A stretch of DNA of 64,000 nt, from the NCBI GenBank assembly GCA_977017645.1, contig OZ360242.1:52390001-52454000 (forward strand), given 5' to 3'. The position numbers were made by a program, and so were the translations under genes. Source of the DNA: Torpedo marmorata. Its lineage: Eukaryota. The notes under the pieces are model-generated. The model worked only from the letters and a program-made list of their open reading frames with translations, was not told the origin of the DNA and made no database searches. The first letter of the stretch is position 1; each line of letters starts with the position of its first letter. Of this stretch, positions 35,016-48,166 are shown piece by piece.

Positions 35016-36007
35016 GTAAAAACAGTGCTATAGAAACTCAGCAGGTCAAACAGTGTACAGAATCAGAATCAGAATTTATTGTCATGAACAAGTCATGAAA
35101 ATCGTTGTTTTGTGGCAGCATCACAGTGCAAACATTCATATAAACCACCTTACAAAAATAAATAAAAATAGTGCATGAAAAGTCAAAGTAAGACAATGTC
35201 TTTGGTTCATTGATCATTCAGGAATCTGATGGCAGCGGGGAAGAAGCTGTCCTTGTGTCGCTGAGTGCTCGTCTTTAGGCTCCTGTACCTTTTTCCCGAT
35301 AGTAGCAGAGTGAAGAGGGTATGGCCTGGGTAGTGGGGCTCCTTGAGGATAGAGGCTGCTTTCTTAAGACACCACCTCTTGTAGATGTCCTTGATGGAGT
35401 GAAGTCTAGTGCCCGTGATGTTGCAGGCCGAGTTAACAACTTTCTGGAGTTTTTTTCTTTTCTTGAGCATTGGCACCTCCGTACCAGACAGTGATGCAAC
35501 CAGCCAGAATGCTCTCCACGGTACACCTGTAGAAGTTTTCGAAAGTCTTCGGTGACATACGGAATCTCCTCAAACACCTCACAAAGTATAGCCGCTGGCG
35601 AGCCTTCTTCCTGATTGCATCGATATGGAGGCTCCAGGACAGATCCCCGGAGATGTTGACATCCAGGAATTTGAAGTTTTTGACCCTCTCCACTACTGAG
35701 CCCTCAATGAGGACTGGATCGTGTTCTGCTGACTTCCTCCTGAAGTCCACAATCATCTCCTTGGTTTTGCTAACGTTGAGTGCAAGGTTGTTCGTGTGAC
35801 ACCATTCAACGAGCTGATCTATCTCCCTCCTGTACGCTTCCTCATTGCCGTTTACCTCATTACCTTGATGAAGGGCTCAAGCCCGAAACGTTGGTTATGT
35901 ATCTTTATCTTTGCTATATAAAGTACACTGTTTGACCTGCTGAGTTTCTCCAGCATTGTGTTTTTACTTCAATCACAGTGTCAGCAGACTTTCGTGTTTT
36001 ACTCCTT
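35016..36007 (+). mobile_element. Penelope-derived short insertion (inverted plus direct terminal repeat) with a 15-bp TSD, interrupted by Rex1
   Basis: TSD aaatctatcaacgaa at 35001-35015 and 36008-36022; hammerhead motif at 35858-35899. Confidence 0.8.
35060..35851 (-). mobile_element. Rex1/Babar LINE 3' part
   Basis: Highly similar to 46120-46908; (ATTCTG)n tail. Confidence 0.85.
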
Positions 36008-36597
36008 AAATCTATCAACGAACACTCCCAACAACCCCCAACATTTGAAGAGAGCCAAATAGCAATTAAGTAAAGGAAGAACAATGTAGCATCAATCAGG
36101 TCTTGTCGGTGTACTAGCTAAAATACTGTAAGTAAAAGGAAAGATAACATACACTACTGTTTCTGCTCCTTAAAGTATGGCACACCAAAAAAATAATCCC
36201 TGCTGAAGTATTCAACATATTTGTCAGCATTTTCAAAAGGGGAAATTCGGCTCTGTGTGACAGCTCTTTGAAATCTCACCCTCCTCTGCATCAGTAGGAA
36301 GATTTGTGCCAGAGTCTTTACTGAAGCCTGCCAAGGAAGTATTTCTACAAACTCGATGTGGCTTTGCACCATCTTGAGGTGCCAATGGTATGCTGTTTGC
36401 AGCCAAGCAGATCCAAACAAGAGTACCAAGCACAACAGAGGATGGTACAATGATGCAGCAGGTAGAGCAGCTGCCTGACATCCCCAACAACCCAGCTTTG
36501 ATGTTGACCTCCAGTGCTGTCAGTGTGGGGTTTGCACATTCTTCCTGTGACCAAATGGGTTTCCTACAGTTGGGTATAGGTTAATAAACCACTTAGG

Positions 36598-37091
36598 ATG
36601 TTCTCTAGACTGATTCCAGAGATGAGGGGCTTAGCCTATGAGGAGAGATTGGGTCGCCTGGGACTGTACTCACCGGAATTCTGAAGAATGAGAGGGGATC
36701 TTATAGAAACGTATAAAATTATGAAAGGAATAGATAAGATAGAGGTAGGTACGTTTTTTTCCACTGGGAGGTGAGAGGGAGAGGGAACTAGGGGGCATAG
36801 CCTCAAGGTTCAGGGTAATAGATTTAGGATGGAGATGAGGAGGAACTGCTTTTCCCAGAGGGTGGTGAATCTGTGGAATTCTCTGCCCATGGAAGCAGTG
36901 GAGGCTACTTCAGTAAACATATTTAAGACAAGATTGGATAGATTTTTGCATAGTAGGGGAATTAAGGGACATGGGGGAAAGGCAGGTAGCTGGAGATGAG
37001 CCCATCATCAGACTAGCCATGATCTTATTGAATGGTGGAGCAGGCTCGATGGGCCAAATGGCCTGCTCCTGCTCCTATTTCTTATGTTCTT
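36598..37091 (+). mobile_element. CR1 3' end, inserted in an old V-SINE (~36450-37230)
   Basis: Encodes RMRGDLIETYK and FSQRVVNLWNSLP; tail ttcttatgttct. Confidence 0.8.
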
Positions 37092-37562
37092 AAGTTGCAC
37101 CTAGTATGTAGGAGACTGGTCGGATCTGGGGGAAGTTGAGGGCAATAGGTAACAATAGGATTAATGTATGATTTTTATAAATGAGTGATTGTTGTTCAGT
37201 GCATACTCAATGGACTCCGTGCTGCCAATAAAGTAATGTAGACAACAACAATCACATTCCAAAACACAAGAGACTGCAGATGCTGGAATCTGGAGCAAAA
37301 AGCAATCTGCTGGAGGAACCTGGTAAGTTGAGTGTCATCAGCAGGAGAAAAAGAATGGTCAGTGTTACAGGTTGGAACCCTTTATCAACACTAAGGTCAA
37401 GACCTTGATGAAAAGTTCCGGCCTAACCCTGCCTTCTAACACCACACATCTACCAACATTTAATGTGCTCTAGGATCAGACTCATCAGTTACTGAAGGAC
37501 TCATTCAAAATAGAGCCTACATTAGCGACCATCCTCCATTTACCAAGAAAGATGATGATGGT

Positions 37563-37800
37563 GGGCGGCACGGTTAGCGTGGCGGTTAGCACAACGCTAT
37601 TACAGCGCCAGCGACCCGGGTTCAAATCTGGCGCTGTCTGTAAGGAGTTTGTACCTTCTCCCCATGTTGGCGTGGGTTTCCCCCGGGTGTTCTGGTTTCC
37701 TCCCACCGTTCAAAACGTAGCGGGGGGTTGAAGGTCAATTGGGTGTAATTGGGCGGCACGGGCTTGTGGGCTGGAAGGGCCTGTTACCGTGTTGTATGTA
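37563..37800 (+). mobile_element. V-SINE (HE1-like)
   Basis: gggcggcacggttagcgtggcgg...ggttcaaatc, followed by the V-domain. Confidence 0.85.
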
Positions 37801-38066
37801 TGTATGTCACACATCAAACTCCTTTAGAGAGCAATGTATTCTGCTTAATAAAGTGGAATAACAACAAGTATTGGCTAGGAAGTAAAGGTGATGTCTCGTC
37901 GCTCTCCTAATGTCCTCATGCAGGGTCTTGTCCTGAAATGTTGACAATATTTCTCCCTCTACCCCCACCCCCCACACACAGATGCTGAATTATTCTAGCA
38001 GTTTGTTTTTCTGGCTCATCAATCAGAATCCTCTCAGAGTGATAAAGGGAGCTTTTAGATCGAGGA

Positions 38067-38179
38067 GGTTTTAGATCCCTGGGGCCCATTTACAATTAAA
38101 TTTTTAATTTTTTAATTAAATTTAAATTAATTTTAAAATGTTAAATTTAATTGTAAATGGGCCCCATGGATCTAAAACC
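38067..38179. repeat. 37-bp inverted repeat around an AT-rich spacer
   Basis: Arms 38067-38103 and 38143-38179, one mismatch. Confidence 0.85.
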
Positions 38180-38189
38180 CTGGGGCCCA

Positions 38190-38703
38190 TTTAAATTTAA
38201 ATTTAGACATAGAGCACGGTAACAGGCCATTTCGGCCCACAAGTCCGTGCCGCCCAATTTACACCCAATTAACCTACACCCCTGGTACGTTTCGAACGGT
38301 GGGAGGAAACCAGAGCCCCCGGGGAAAACCCACGCAGACAAGGGGAGAACGTACAAACTCCTTACAGACAGCGTGGGTTACGAACCCCGGTCCCAATCAC
38401 TGGCGCTGTAAAGGCGTTGCGCTAACCGCTACGCCAACTGTGCCGCCCCTTTTAAATTTAGACATACAGCACGGTAACAGGCCATTTCAGCCCACGTGTC
38501 CGTGCTGCCCAATTTACACCCAATTAACCTACACCGCCGGTATGTTTCGAACGAGGGGAGGAAACCGGAGTCCCCGGGGAAAATCCACGCAGACATGGGG
38601 AGAACGTACAAATTCCTTACAGACAGCGCGGGATTCAAACCCCGGTCCCGGTCGCTGGTGCTGTAAAGGCGTTGTGCTAACCGCTACGCCAACCGTGCCG
38701 CCC
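38190..38703 (-). mobile_element. Head-to-tail V-SINE dimer
   Basis: Two complete copies at ~38190-38449 and ~38450-38703. Confidence 0.88.
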
Positions 38704-39152
38704 TACAATGGTGGAAGCCACCTTTCCCTGAAAACGAGGAAGCAATTAGGAAGAAAGGAATGGTGGAATTCAGCCCCCGAACCTTCTCTGCCATTCAGGC
38801 AGTCCGTGGCTGCCATGTCATGGCTCCGTAATACCTATGTTTAACAAAAATTATTTCCTTGCCAAGCAAAATAAACAAATGCTAAAGGAAAATGGACATT
38901 ATTGAATCTAAGTACAGTAAAAGTCCTCAAATCCGGACTGCTTGGGGGTTGAGTTGGTCCGGATTTTATTTATAAACCTGCAAAGTCAAAAATATTAAGT
39001 AAACCTGTCCTTTAGAATGAATCTGCATCGATGATATCAGATTTAAACCACAATTGCATTACCTGTATTGTGTCTGCAGTAAGATAATTGGGGGGGGGGG
39101 GGGGGTTGTATGTGTTTAAAAGTAGCCTCACAAAAGTAAGTGCAATATAATA

Positions 39153-39643
39153 CAGTAAAAGTCCTAAAATCCGGACTGCTCGGGGATTGGGTCGGTCCGG
39201 ATTTTCGGATTTCCCAGATTCTTGGGCAGTACTTTTAAAATTCAAATTTAAGGGGGAATAAAGAAGAGATGAACAGGTAAATTTTGATAGTTTATTCATT
39301 AGCAAATACACCATGCTTCATTTATCAAAACGAGCAGTTTTAAAGAAAAATAAAGTCAACACGACAAAAATTTAAACATAAAATTTTTCACTACAAAAAA
39401 AGAGCGTGTAATGCTTGAAATTATGTTTAAAAATGAACATTGTAAAAGAAAAATACATTATACAAATGAATTTCCTTGTTATAAGATTACCTGTATTTAG
39501 CATGGTCTCTTGTTGCCGCTGTGCATCTGTGGCGCTTACGCACACACGCATGCACACAAAAGCCTGCTAAATTAAAAAAGTTTGAGACTCTGGATTCTCG
39601 GGTGGTCCGGATTTCTGGCATCTGGATTTTTGGACTTTTACTG
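39153..39643. mobile_element. Tigger-like MITE (partial left end also at 38914-38970)
   Basis: ta|cagtaaaagtcc...ggacttttactg|ta; same family as 3577-3922. Confidence 0.8.
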
Positions 39644-40754
39644 TAAGTAGTTGTGGTAGTTCTAAAATATTTTCGGCAGGATGCCAGCATTTCTTTAAGA
39701 TTTAGGTGCTCCTAAAAACAACAAAATTATTTTGTGAAGCACTCACTCATGAGTTACTTTCCTGTATATCATAGTTATCAGTTTCCAGAAGTGGAGCAGC
39801 ATTTTCATCTTTTGGCAGCTGTAAAGCAACATTCACACATGAGTGCAAGGGTTCCTAAGAAAATGTGGTAATCAGTAACTAAACAAAAGACTGATAACTG
39901 TATGAACATCTGAGCCTAATAGAGTCTAAATGTCTCAGACTAGTTGGGATGAGAAGGAAGCACATAACTTCCCCATCTTCTTGCTGTTGGCTGCTGACCA
40001 CCAGTTACCAACTGGAATACGACGTTTTCTATGGTACTGAAGGGGTCATCAAAAGATTATGGCTGAATTACTGGGTTCCTTTTAGTCTAATATCTCTAAT
40101 TACATGACATATCACAAGGGCTTATTTTGGGCATGCACCATGTGCTAAATGGAAGACTGATCGATTTAAAGGCAGCACTGGCCAATTGGACCTGCTGAGT
40201 TCTCCAGCTTTTGTGTTTTTTACTGGATCATGTCCACAATTTTGTACAAGAGAAGATAAATAAGGGGACAGGCACCTGTGCTCCAATCATTTGACAACGA
40301 TACAAGCTTATAGCATGTTGTTCATGTTTGCAGCATACTGTTAAGGAGACATGCTTCCAAAAGTCAACAAAATTACATTCCTGACATCCATCCAGCTAAA
40401 GAACTTTCTTATCCTTGCATAAAACACCCAGTGTTTAGCAGCAGGAAAACCTCCCACCTGCCACACCTGCACAATTCAAAATTACTTTGATGTGTTGTTT
40501 TGGTATATGTACTTCTGCCTTTAATAAACTGTGCTCATAAACTCCAAAATCCTTGCTTTTTCCACATCTCTAGGTTTCTCACCCAGGATCAATCAACCTA
40601 TCAACAATCACTATTACCCATCACCGGCATTCTCAACTCCAACAATAAACAAAAAGGCATTTGTCAGGAGAGGAGCTGAGCTGCATGCAACCCAATCTGG
40701 TCAGAGGGTATGTCTCAATCTTTATTTCACTCTTTCCAAAGTTAGTAAAACTTA

Positions 40755-40992
40755 GGGCGGCACGGTTAGCGTAGCGGTTAGCGCAACGCTGTTACAGCAC
40801 CAGCGATCGGGACCCGGGTTCGAGTCCGCACTGTTTGTAAGGAGTTTGTACGTTCTCCCCGTATCTGCGTGAGTTTCCTCCGGGTGCTCCGGTTTCCTCC
40901 CACCGTTCAAAACCTACCGGGGTTGTCGGTCAATTGGGCCGCATGTGCTCGCGGCCGAAAGGGCCTGTTACCGTGCTGTATGTCTAAATTTA
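40755..40992 (+). mobile_element. V-SINE (HE1-like)
   Basis: A box tagcgtagcgg, B box ggttcgagtcc, and V-domain. Confidence 0.85.
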
Positions 40993-43849
40993 AAAAGTTA
41001 AATTTAGTTTAAAGTGAATTACACTCTGTGCACTTTACTGCTGGTTCAGTCACTGGATTATTCTTTTTGATTTGTTGATCAGCCTACTGGACAATTCCAA
41101 TTTTCTGGATGCCAGAAATCACCAATAGATGGCACTTGTCTGAAAGTAATGGAAAGATCGGGGATATTAAGGTTGTTCAGCTGAATATTCAAACTTTCTG
41201 TAAGTTTAGCAATGCATGCAATTCATTAATTGTGAATATTTATTTACCTATCCTTTTCTATTTTTTATCTCTTTTTCTGTCTTGAGGCACATTGTGGTAA
41301 TTTAAACTATTGTGGTTGGTATATCTTACGTACCTGTGTGGCTGCAGCAAATAAGAGTTTTGTTGCATCTACATGTTGTATTTATGTACATAACAATAAA
41401 CTTTCATACAACTGCTGACTTCAAATCCAGGCTAATGTTGGCTTTTCAAATTATGGCACATTTTTATTTATTTCAAAAATAAACTTTATTCATAATAAAA
41501 TATATAGAATCAAAAGAAGTACAAAGCTCTTTACATACTTACTGTCATTCAGTTTTACTGGCTCTGTACATTGTCGTGTAAGCATATCTTTAGTATGGCC
41601 CATGAGAAACTGCTACTGACGAGTGTGAGACTGAAGCTACCCATCTGCGGAAAAAATGCAGCAAGATAAAAGCAAACAACTTTAAGTTGCACAGAAGTGT
41701 AGATGTTGATGCAAAAAAAATGAGGAAAAACAAGAAATGAACCTAAACCTTTTACGCCAACCTCCACGGTACATGATAAATCAGATTACAACACCACACT
41801 AAAGTTTTTGGCTTAACATACAAGGATGCAGCACTGAAAGGGCTAGATTCTAGACTGCTGAATCACTGTTTGAACGTCACAGTCTACTCATTCTTGTCAC
41901 ATCATAAAGAGGAAATCAGTACAAAAACACTCCCTCCCCCCTCGCCATGTCATATCACTACTTCTGCGTGGTGGTACTTTCCACCTTAGACACAAGTCAC
42001 CCTATGTTTCCCGGTACAGTGCTAAATATGTAGAAGGAAGTACAGTAGGCAAAGGGTTATGCATATACTCGATTATTATCATCACTGATCCGACCACTGG
42101 AAAGTAATGATTCATCTGTTTAGGACAACCTAACAATAGGGTCGCTTTATCAAGACCATTTCAGTATTACCCAACACAGTGAGAGAGATTTACCACTGGT
42201 ACTGCTCCTTGAGGAGTGAGATGTTCTGGCTCTGTTTTCCACATTTCAAATGCAGGGCTTTATGACTTGAACATGAAAGCTTTGAAATGATTTCTAGCCT
42301 TTATCATTTTTGTAAAGTTAATAGCAAAGTGGATCTCTACCAATGTTGGATTATTAATTTTAAAATCTCCACTGCTTTACAAAGTAATCTTTTATTAAAA
42401 CAACACAAATTTACCTCAGCTCACCAGCCCATCTCATCAATCTTGTATTTGATAGAAGTGTTTTTAAAAATTTTGGTTTGGTCATGATTCTCTATTCCAA
42501 AAAATCCCTTTTTAAAAAAAAAAAGATATTACACTTCAAAATTTGTTCTCAACATTTCTTTTCATTTGATAAAGTTTACACATTATTCCCCTCTCCCTTC
42601 CCCAGAACCCCACCACCGTAAATCATAGTCCTGTCAATTTACACATTGGTCTTTCAGACCTTAGTCCAATGAGTTCACAATGTGGTTAACAGTTAGGGGT
42701 CACAAGAATAAATCACAGGACTGCCATTGATCTAACTAAGATCATACATCTCACTCCAACAGAGCCTTAGCTGGTTCGGTAATTTATTTTAGAAACAGAC
42801 CAGGAATTCCCCCTGACTCCTTCCTGAAAAGACTGAGTAAATACAGTGGTCTATCGCAGCCTCCTTCGTTACTTCTTCGTGCTAATCCATGGACATTTCC
42901 TGGAACAGCACAGACAAAACCCTCTCAAATTTACCAGGAATCTAATATCCAAATTTGGGAATATTGGAAGGGAGAATTTAGAGAATAGTTTATCTATCGT
43001 AATTTTCTGCTTTTACTTCTCCTGACGTTTGCAATTTTTGGTCACATAGAATGGTTCTTCTTCCAAATGCCCAACTCTGTCTCCGTTACATGGATAACGG
43101 TAAAGGTGCTGTTTCCTGCAATAAAAAAGGGCAATTTTATCACCTTTGTACTAACTTCCACACCATTCTCAAATTTATCATCATTTCTGAATTTCTCTTC
43201 CCTTTCTGGATCTCTCTGACTCCATCTCATGAGACAAACTATCCATTGTTCCAGCCTTCACCACCACCCCTGGCAAGACATTCCAGGCACCCACAACTCT
43301 CTATATAAAAAAAAACTTATCCCTGATGTCTCCCCTAAACTTTCCTCCCTTCACTTTGGACAGATGTCAATTTAAAAGTACATTTAAACTAATGTATTCA
43401 TTGGGATATTTGGAGTATTATTGCATTTCTGATCAAATGACTCCTGTTTTTTGCCATATCCACCTCTGGCCAATGTCCTGATGCTGTCATTAGTATCCTG
43501 TTGGAAAGGTGGAAGGTCAGCAGTGGTTAACATCAATTCCAGACCTTCCAGTTTTCCAAGAAAACAAATAAAACTACAATCCTGGAATTTGAAACAAAAA
43601 CAGAAATGATTGAAGAACTCAGCCAGTCAAGCAGCTTCTGTGGAAAGAGAAACCAGTTAATGTTTGGGTCAGGGACCCTTTCTCAGAAGTTCCACATTTT
43701 AGTTAGTTAGGAGGTCTGCTCCTTTCATGACTTATGCAGGGTCTCTGTGTGTCATTGCATGACCTTGAGGTTCTCATTGCTAATCCAAAACAGCAACCCA
43801 TCACAAAATAAAGGACAAATGCAATCTAGCTCATTACGAAGGAGCGAAG

Positions 43850-44502
43850 AAGGATGACAGATAACTTAATCTGCAATATTATGAGAGGCAGAGATAAGGT
43901 GGACGGTCTGCACTTTTTTCCCAGGGCAGGAGTAGCAAACACCAGAGGACATATGTACAAAATGATGGGAGGAAAGTTTAGGGGAGACATCAGGGGTAAG
44001 TTTTTTACTCAGAGAATTATAAGTGCCTGGAATGCATTGCCAGGGATGGTGGTGGAGGCTGGAAAAATAGGGGTATTTAAGAGACTCTTAGACAGGCACA
44101 TGGATGAAAGAAAAATAGAGGGTTATGAGGTAGGGAGTGTTTCATTTGTTTTTTGTAGGGGTGGCACAGTTGGCGTAGCAGTTAGCGAAACGCCTTTACA
44201 GCGCCAGCGATCAGGACCGGGGTTCGAATCCCACGCTGTCTGAAAGGAGTTTGTACATTCTCCCCGTTTCTGTGTGGGTCTTCCCCGGGGGCTCCGGTTT
44301 CCTCCCACCGTTTGAAATGTACCGGGGGTTAATTGGGTGTAAATTGGGCAGCACCGACTCATGGGCCGAAATGGCCTATTACCGTGCTGTATGTCTACTC
44401 TAAATTATTAAATTATTAAATAAGTTATTAAATTATATGGGTCGGCACAAAATCAAGGGCTGAAGGACCTGTTCTGTACTGTAATGCTTTATGTTCTATG
44501 TT
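43850..44502 (+). mobile_element. CR1 3' end with a nested V-SINE (44158-44400)
   Basis: Encodes FFTQRIISAWNALP; tail atgttctatgttc. Confidence 0.75.
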
Positions 44503-44986
44503 CGACGCAATCATCCTACTCAGCAAAATGATGGAATTATTGCTATCAAGTAGCATTAATGACGTACTCATCTATGCTTAGTTTGGGTTTTGCTTAGTTC
44601 CTTAAACCACTCAGTTCCTTACTCCATGTCTATGGACATTAAAAGCAAAAGACTCAGACGGTCTTAGTCATAATGTGCACAAAGTAAGGTGGCTGTGGTT
44701 ATCAGACATTACTGCAGGAATTCCTCATGGCCAAATTCCGAGCCAACCGCTCTCAGCTGCTTTATCAATAATCTTTACCCTTAATTCCCTTTTGAAACCA
44801 AATTTTAAATAATTGATTATCAACAGTAAATGGAATAAGTTTATTTTGATATAAAGGCATTTTTCGAGAAATTAACCCTTTCCCTCCTATCTCCCTATCC
44901 ACTCTATTCCATATTTCTAACAAATGTCTAAAAATGGGAGAATTTTTCCCTCTTGTTAATACTAATTTAGAATTCCATTTATAAAT

Positions 44987-46907
44987 GCGTGGATGAGTGT
45001 GTGCCCACGTGCAAATACAAGGTGTTCCCCAACCAGAAGCCCTGGATGAATCAAAGAATTCGCAACCTGCTGAGGACGAGAACAAGGGCGTTTAAAGACG
45101 GGGACCGGGATCTTTACAAAAAGTCCAGGCACGACCTGCGGAAGGCCATCTCTGAAGGAAAGTGGCAATTCCGAAGGAAGCTAGAGACAGAGACAGATAC
45201 ACGCCAGCTATGGCAGGGAGTGCAGGCCATTACAGCCTACAAAACGAGGGCGAACACTATAGACGGCTGTGATGCTTCACTACCCGATGAGCTGAACACT
45301 TTCTATGCCCGCTTTGAGAAGAAGTACAAAACAGTGCCTAATAGAATCCCTGAGAGGGCAGAGGACCCTGTGATATCTGTCTCTGAGGGCGACGTCAGAA
45401 CATCATTCAAGAGGGTGAACCCTCGCAAGGCGTCAGGCCCTGACGGCGTACCTGGCAGGGTACTGAAAATCTGCGCCAACCAACTAGCCGGAGTGTTCAC
45501 GGACATTTTCAACCTCTCATTGCGGCAATCAGAGGTTCCCACCTGCTTCAAAAGGGCATCAATCATCCCGGTGCCCAAGAAGAGTAGTGTGAGCTGCCTC
45601 AACGACTATCGCCCAGTAGCACTAACTTCTACTGTGATGAAATGCTTTGAGAGGCTGGTCATGGCCAGAATTAACACATACCTAAGCAAAGATCTGGACC
45701 CACTGCAATTCGCCTATCGTCACAATCGCTCCACAGCAGATGCAATATCGCTGGCTCTCCACTCAGCTCTGGATCACCTCGAAAACAGCAATTCATACAT
45801 ACGGCTGCTCTTCATAGACTACAGCTCGGCCTTCAATACCATTATTCCCTCAGTGCTGGTCAAGAAGCTACAAACTCTAGGTCTCTGTAGCCCCCTCTGC
45901 AACTGGATCCTTGACTTTCTCATCGGAAGACCACAGTCAGTACGAATTGGAAACAACGTCTCCTCCTCACTGATTATCAACACAGGCGCACCCCAAGGAT
46001 GCGTGCTTAGTCCACTGCTCTACTCGTTATACACTCATGACTGTGTGGCCAGGCACAATTCCAATGCCATATACAAGTTTGCCGATGACACCACAGTTGT
46101 CGGCAGAATCACAAACGCCAATGAGGAAGCGTACAGGAGGGAGATAGATCAGCTCATTGAATGGTGTAATGACAACAACCTTGAGCTCAACGTCAGCAAA
46201 ACCAAGGAGATGATTGTGGACTTCAGGAGGAAGTCAGGGGAACACAACCCAGTCCTCATCGAGGGCTCAGTCGTGGAGAGGGTCAAGAACTTCAAATTCC
46301 TGGGTGCCAACATCTCCGAGGATCTGTCCTGGAGCATCCACGTGGATGCAATCACAAAGAAGGCTCGTCAGCGGCTATACTTTGTGAGGCGATTGCGGAG
46401 ATTCGGTATGTCGCCAAAGACTCTCGTGAACTTCTACAGGTGTACCGTGGAGAGCATTCTAGCTGGTTGCATCACTGCCTGGTATGGTGGCGCCAACTCC
46501 CAGGACAAGAGCAAACTCCAGAAGGTTGTTAACTCGGCCTGTGACATCACGGGCACCAAACTTCACTCCATCGAGGACATCTACATGAGGCGATGTCTTA
46601 ATAAAGCAGCCTCTATCCTCAAGGACCCCCACCACCCAGGCCATGCCCTCTTCACGCTGCTTCCATCGGGGAAAAGGTACAGGAGCCTAAAGACGAGCAC
46701 TCAACGGCACAAGGTCAGCTTCTTCCCCGCTGCCATCAGATTCCTGAACAATCAATGAACCAAAGACACTAGTGCACTATTGTTTATAATTTTTTTTATA
46801 TAGTAATGTCGTTAGAATGGTTAATATGAATGTTAATTGCACTATGATGCTGCCGCAAAGCACCGAATTTCATGACTTGTTCATGACAATAAATTCTGAT
46901 TCTGATT
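44987..46907 (+). mobile_element. Rex1/Babar LINE, 5'-truncated, with an open 589-codon RT frame (44989-46758)
   Basis: Motifs FPNQKPW, LDPLQFAY, GAPQGCVLSP, KFADD and LPSGKRYRS; (ATTCTG)n tail; short TSD taaat. Confidence 0.88.
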
Positions 46908-48166
46908 CTAAATAACTTCTTCTTTCAAATCTTCTCCTATATTATTTAATTCTATTTTAATCCAAGCAGAAGATTTTCCTGAATCAAACATTTCATTAAT
47001 AAATTTTAATTGAGCTGCTTTATAATAATTTTGAAAATTAAGAAGTTGTAAACCACCCAATTCATAATTCCAAGTTAATTTCTGCATACCTACTCTAGCC
47101 AACTTTCCTTTCCACAAAAACTTCCTAATAATTAAATTTAGATCTTTAAAAAATTTCTGAGGAATTTCATAAGGAATTGATTGAAAAATATATTGAATTC
47201 TTGGAAAAACATTCATTTTAAAACAATTTACCCTTCCTATTAAAGTTATAGGTAAATCCTTCCAACTTTCTAAATCTTTTTTAATTTTCATAAATAATGG
47301 TATATAATTTAATTTATATAAATTAACTAATTTTGTATCAATCTTTATTCCCAAATATTTAATTCCTTCCTTAGGAAATGTAATTTCTTTACATTTACTA
47401 TAAATAAAAGATTGTTTTGAAGCTAGTAAATTTATTACTTTTCAGAGAATGAAAGAAAAGTTTAATGTATTAGATAATACACTTTTTGCTTATTATCAAA
47501 TTAGAGCATTTTTAGTTGAAAGGTTGGGTTATAGTTTGATTTTACCAAGACAAAGTGAATTGGAATTATTAGTTATTAATGGAGGTGTAAATAAATTTAT
47601 TTCTCAAATGTATAGATTATTACAGAGAAAAATGCCCAAAGTAGGAATTCATAAATCAAGATTAAAATGGGAATCAGATTTGAATGTAACAATAGATGAA
47701 GAACATTGGAAAGAATTATGTAAATTAAGTATGACAAAGATTATTAATGTCAGATATAGATTAGTGCAATATAATTTTTTCCATCAATTATATTTAACAC
47801 CTAAAAAATTAAAGAAATTTAATCCAACATTATCTGGTTTATGTTTTAGATGTAATAGAGAGGAAGGTTCTTTTGTACATTCTACATGGCTTTGTCCAAA
47901 GATATATGAGTTTTGGTTGAAAGTTTAAAAGTTTTTAGATAAAGTATTAAGTATTACACTCCCAATGAATCCTATGATATTTTTATTTGGAGATATTAAA
48001 AGAATTAGTACCAAGATGAAATTAAATATGTACCAAATAGAATTTTTGCGTATTGCTTTAGCTGTTTCTAAGAAATGCATTGCTATTACATGGAAATCTG
48101 ATGTTGATTTAGGGTTAGATAGGTGGCATGCAGAACTTCGTTCAGCTATACCACTTGAAAAAATTA

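Noticed and set aside
40755-40830. Possible tRNA genes (A/B boxes; several copies)
   Set aside because: They are SINE heads continuous with the V-domain and LINE-like tail, with no proper cloverleaf or anticodon arm.
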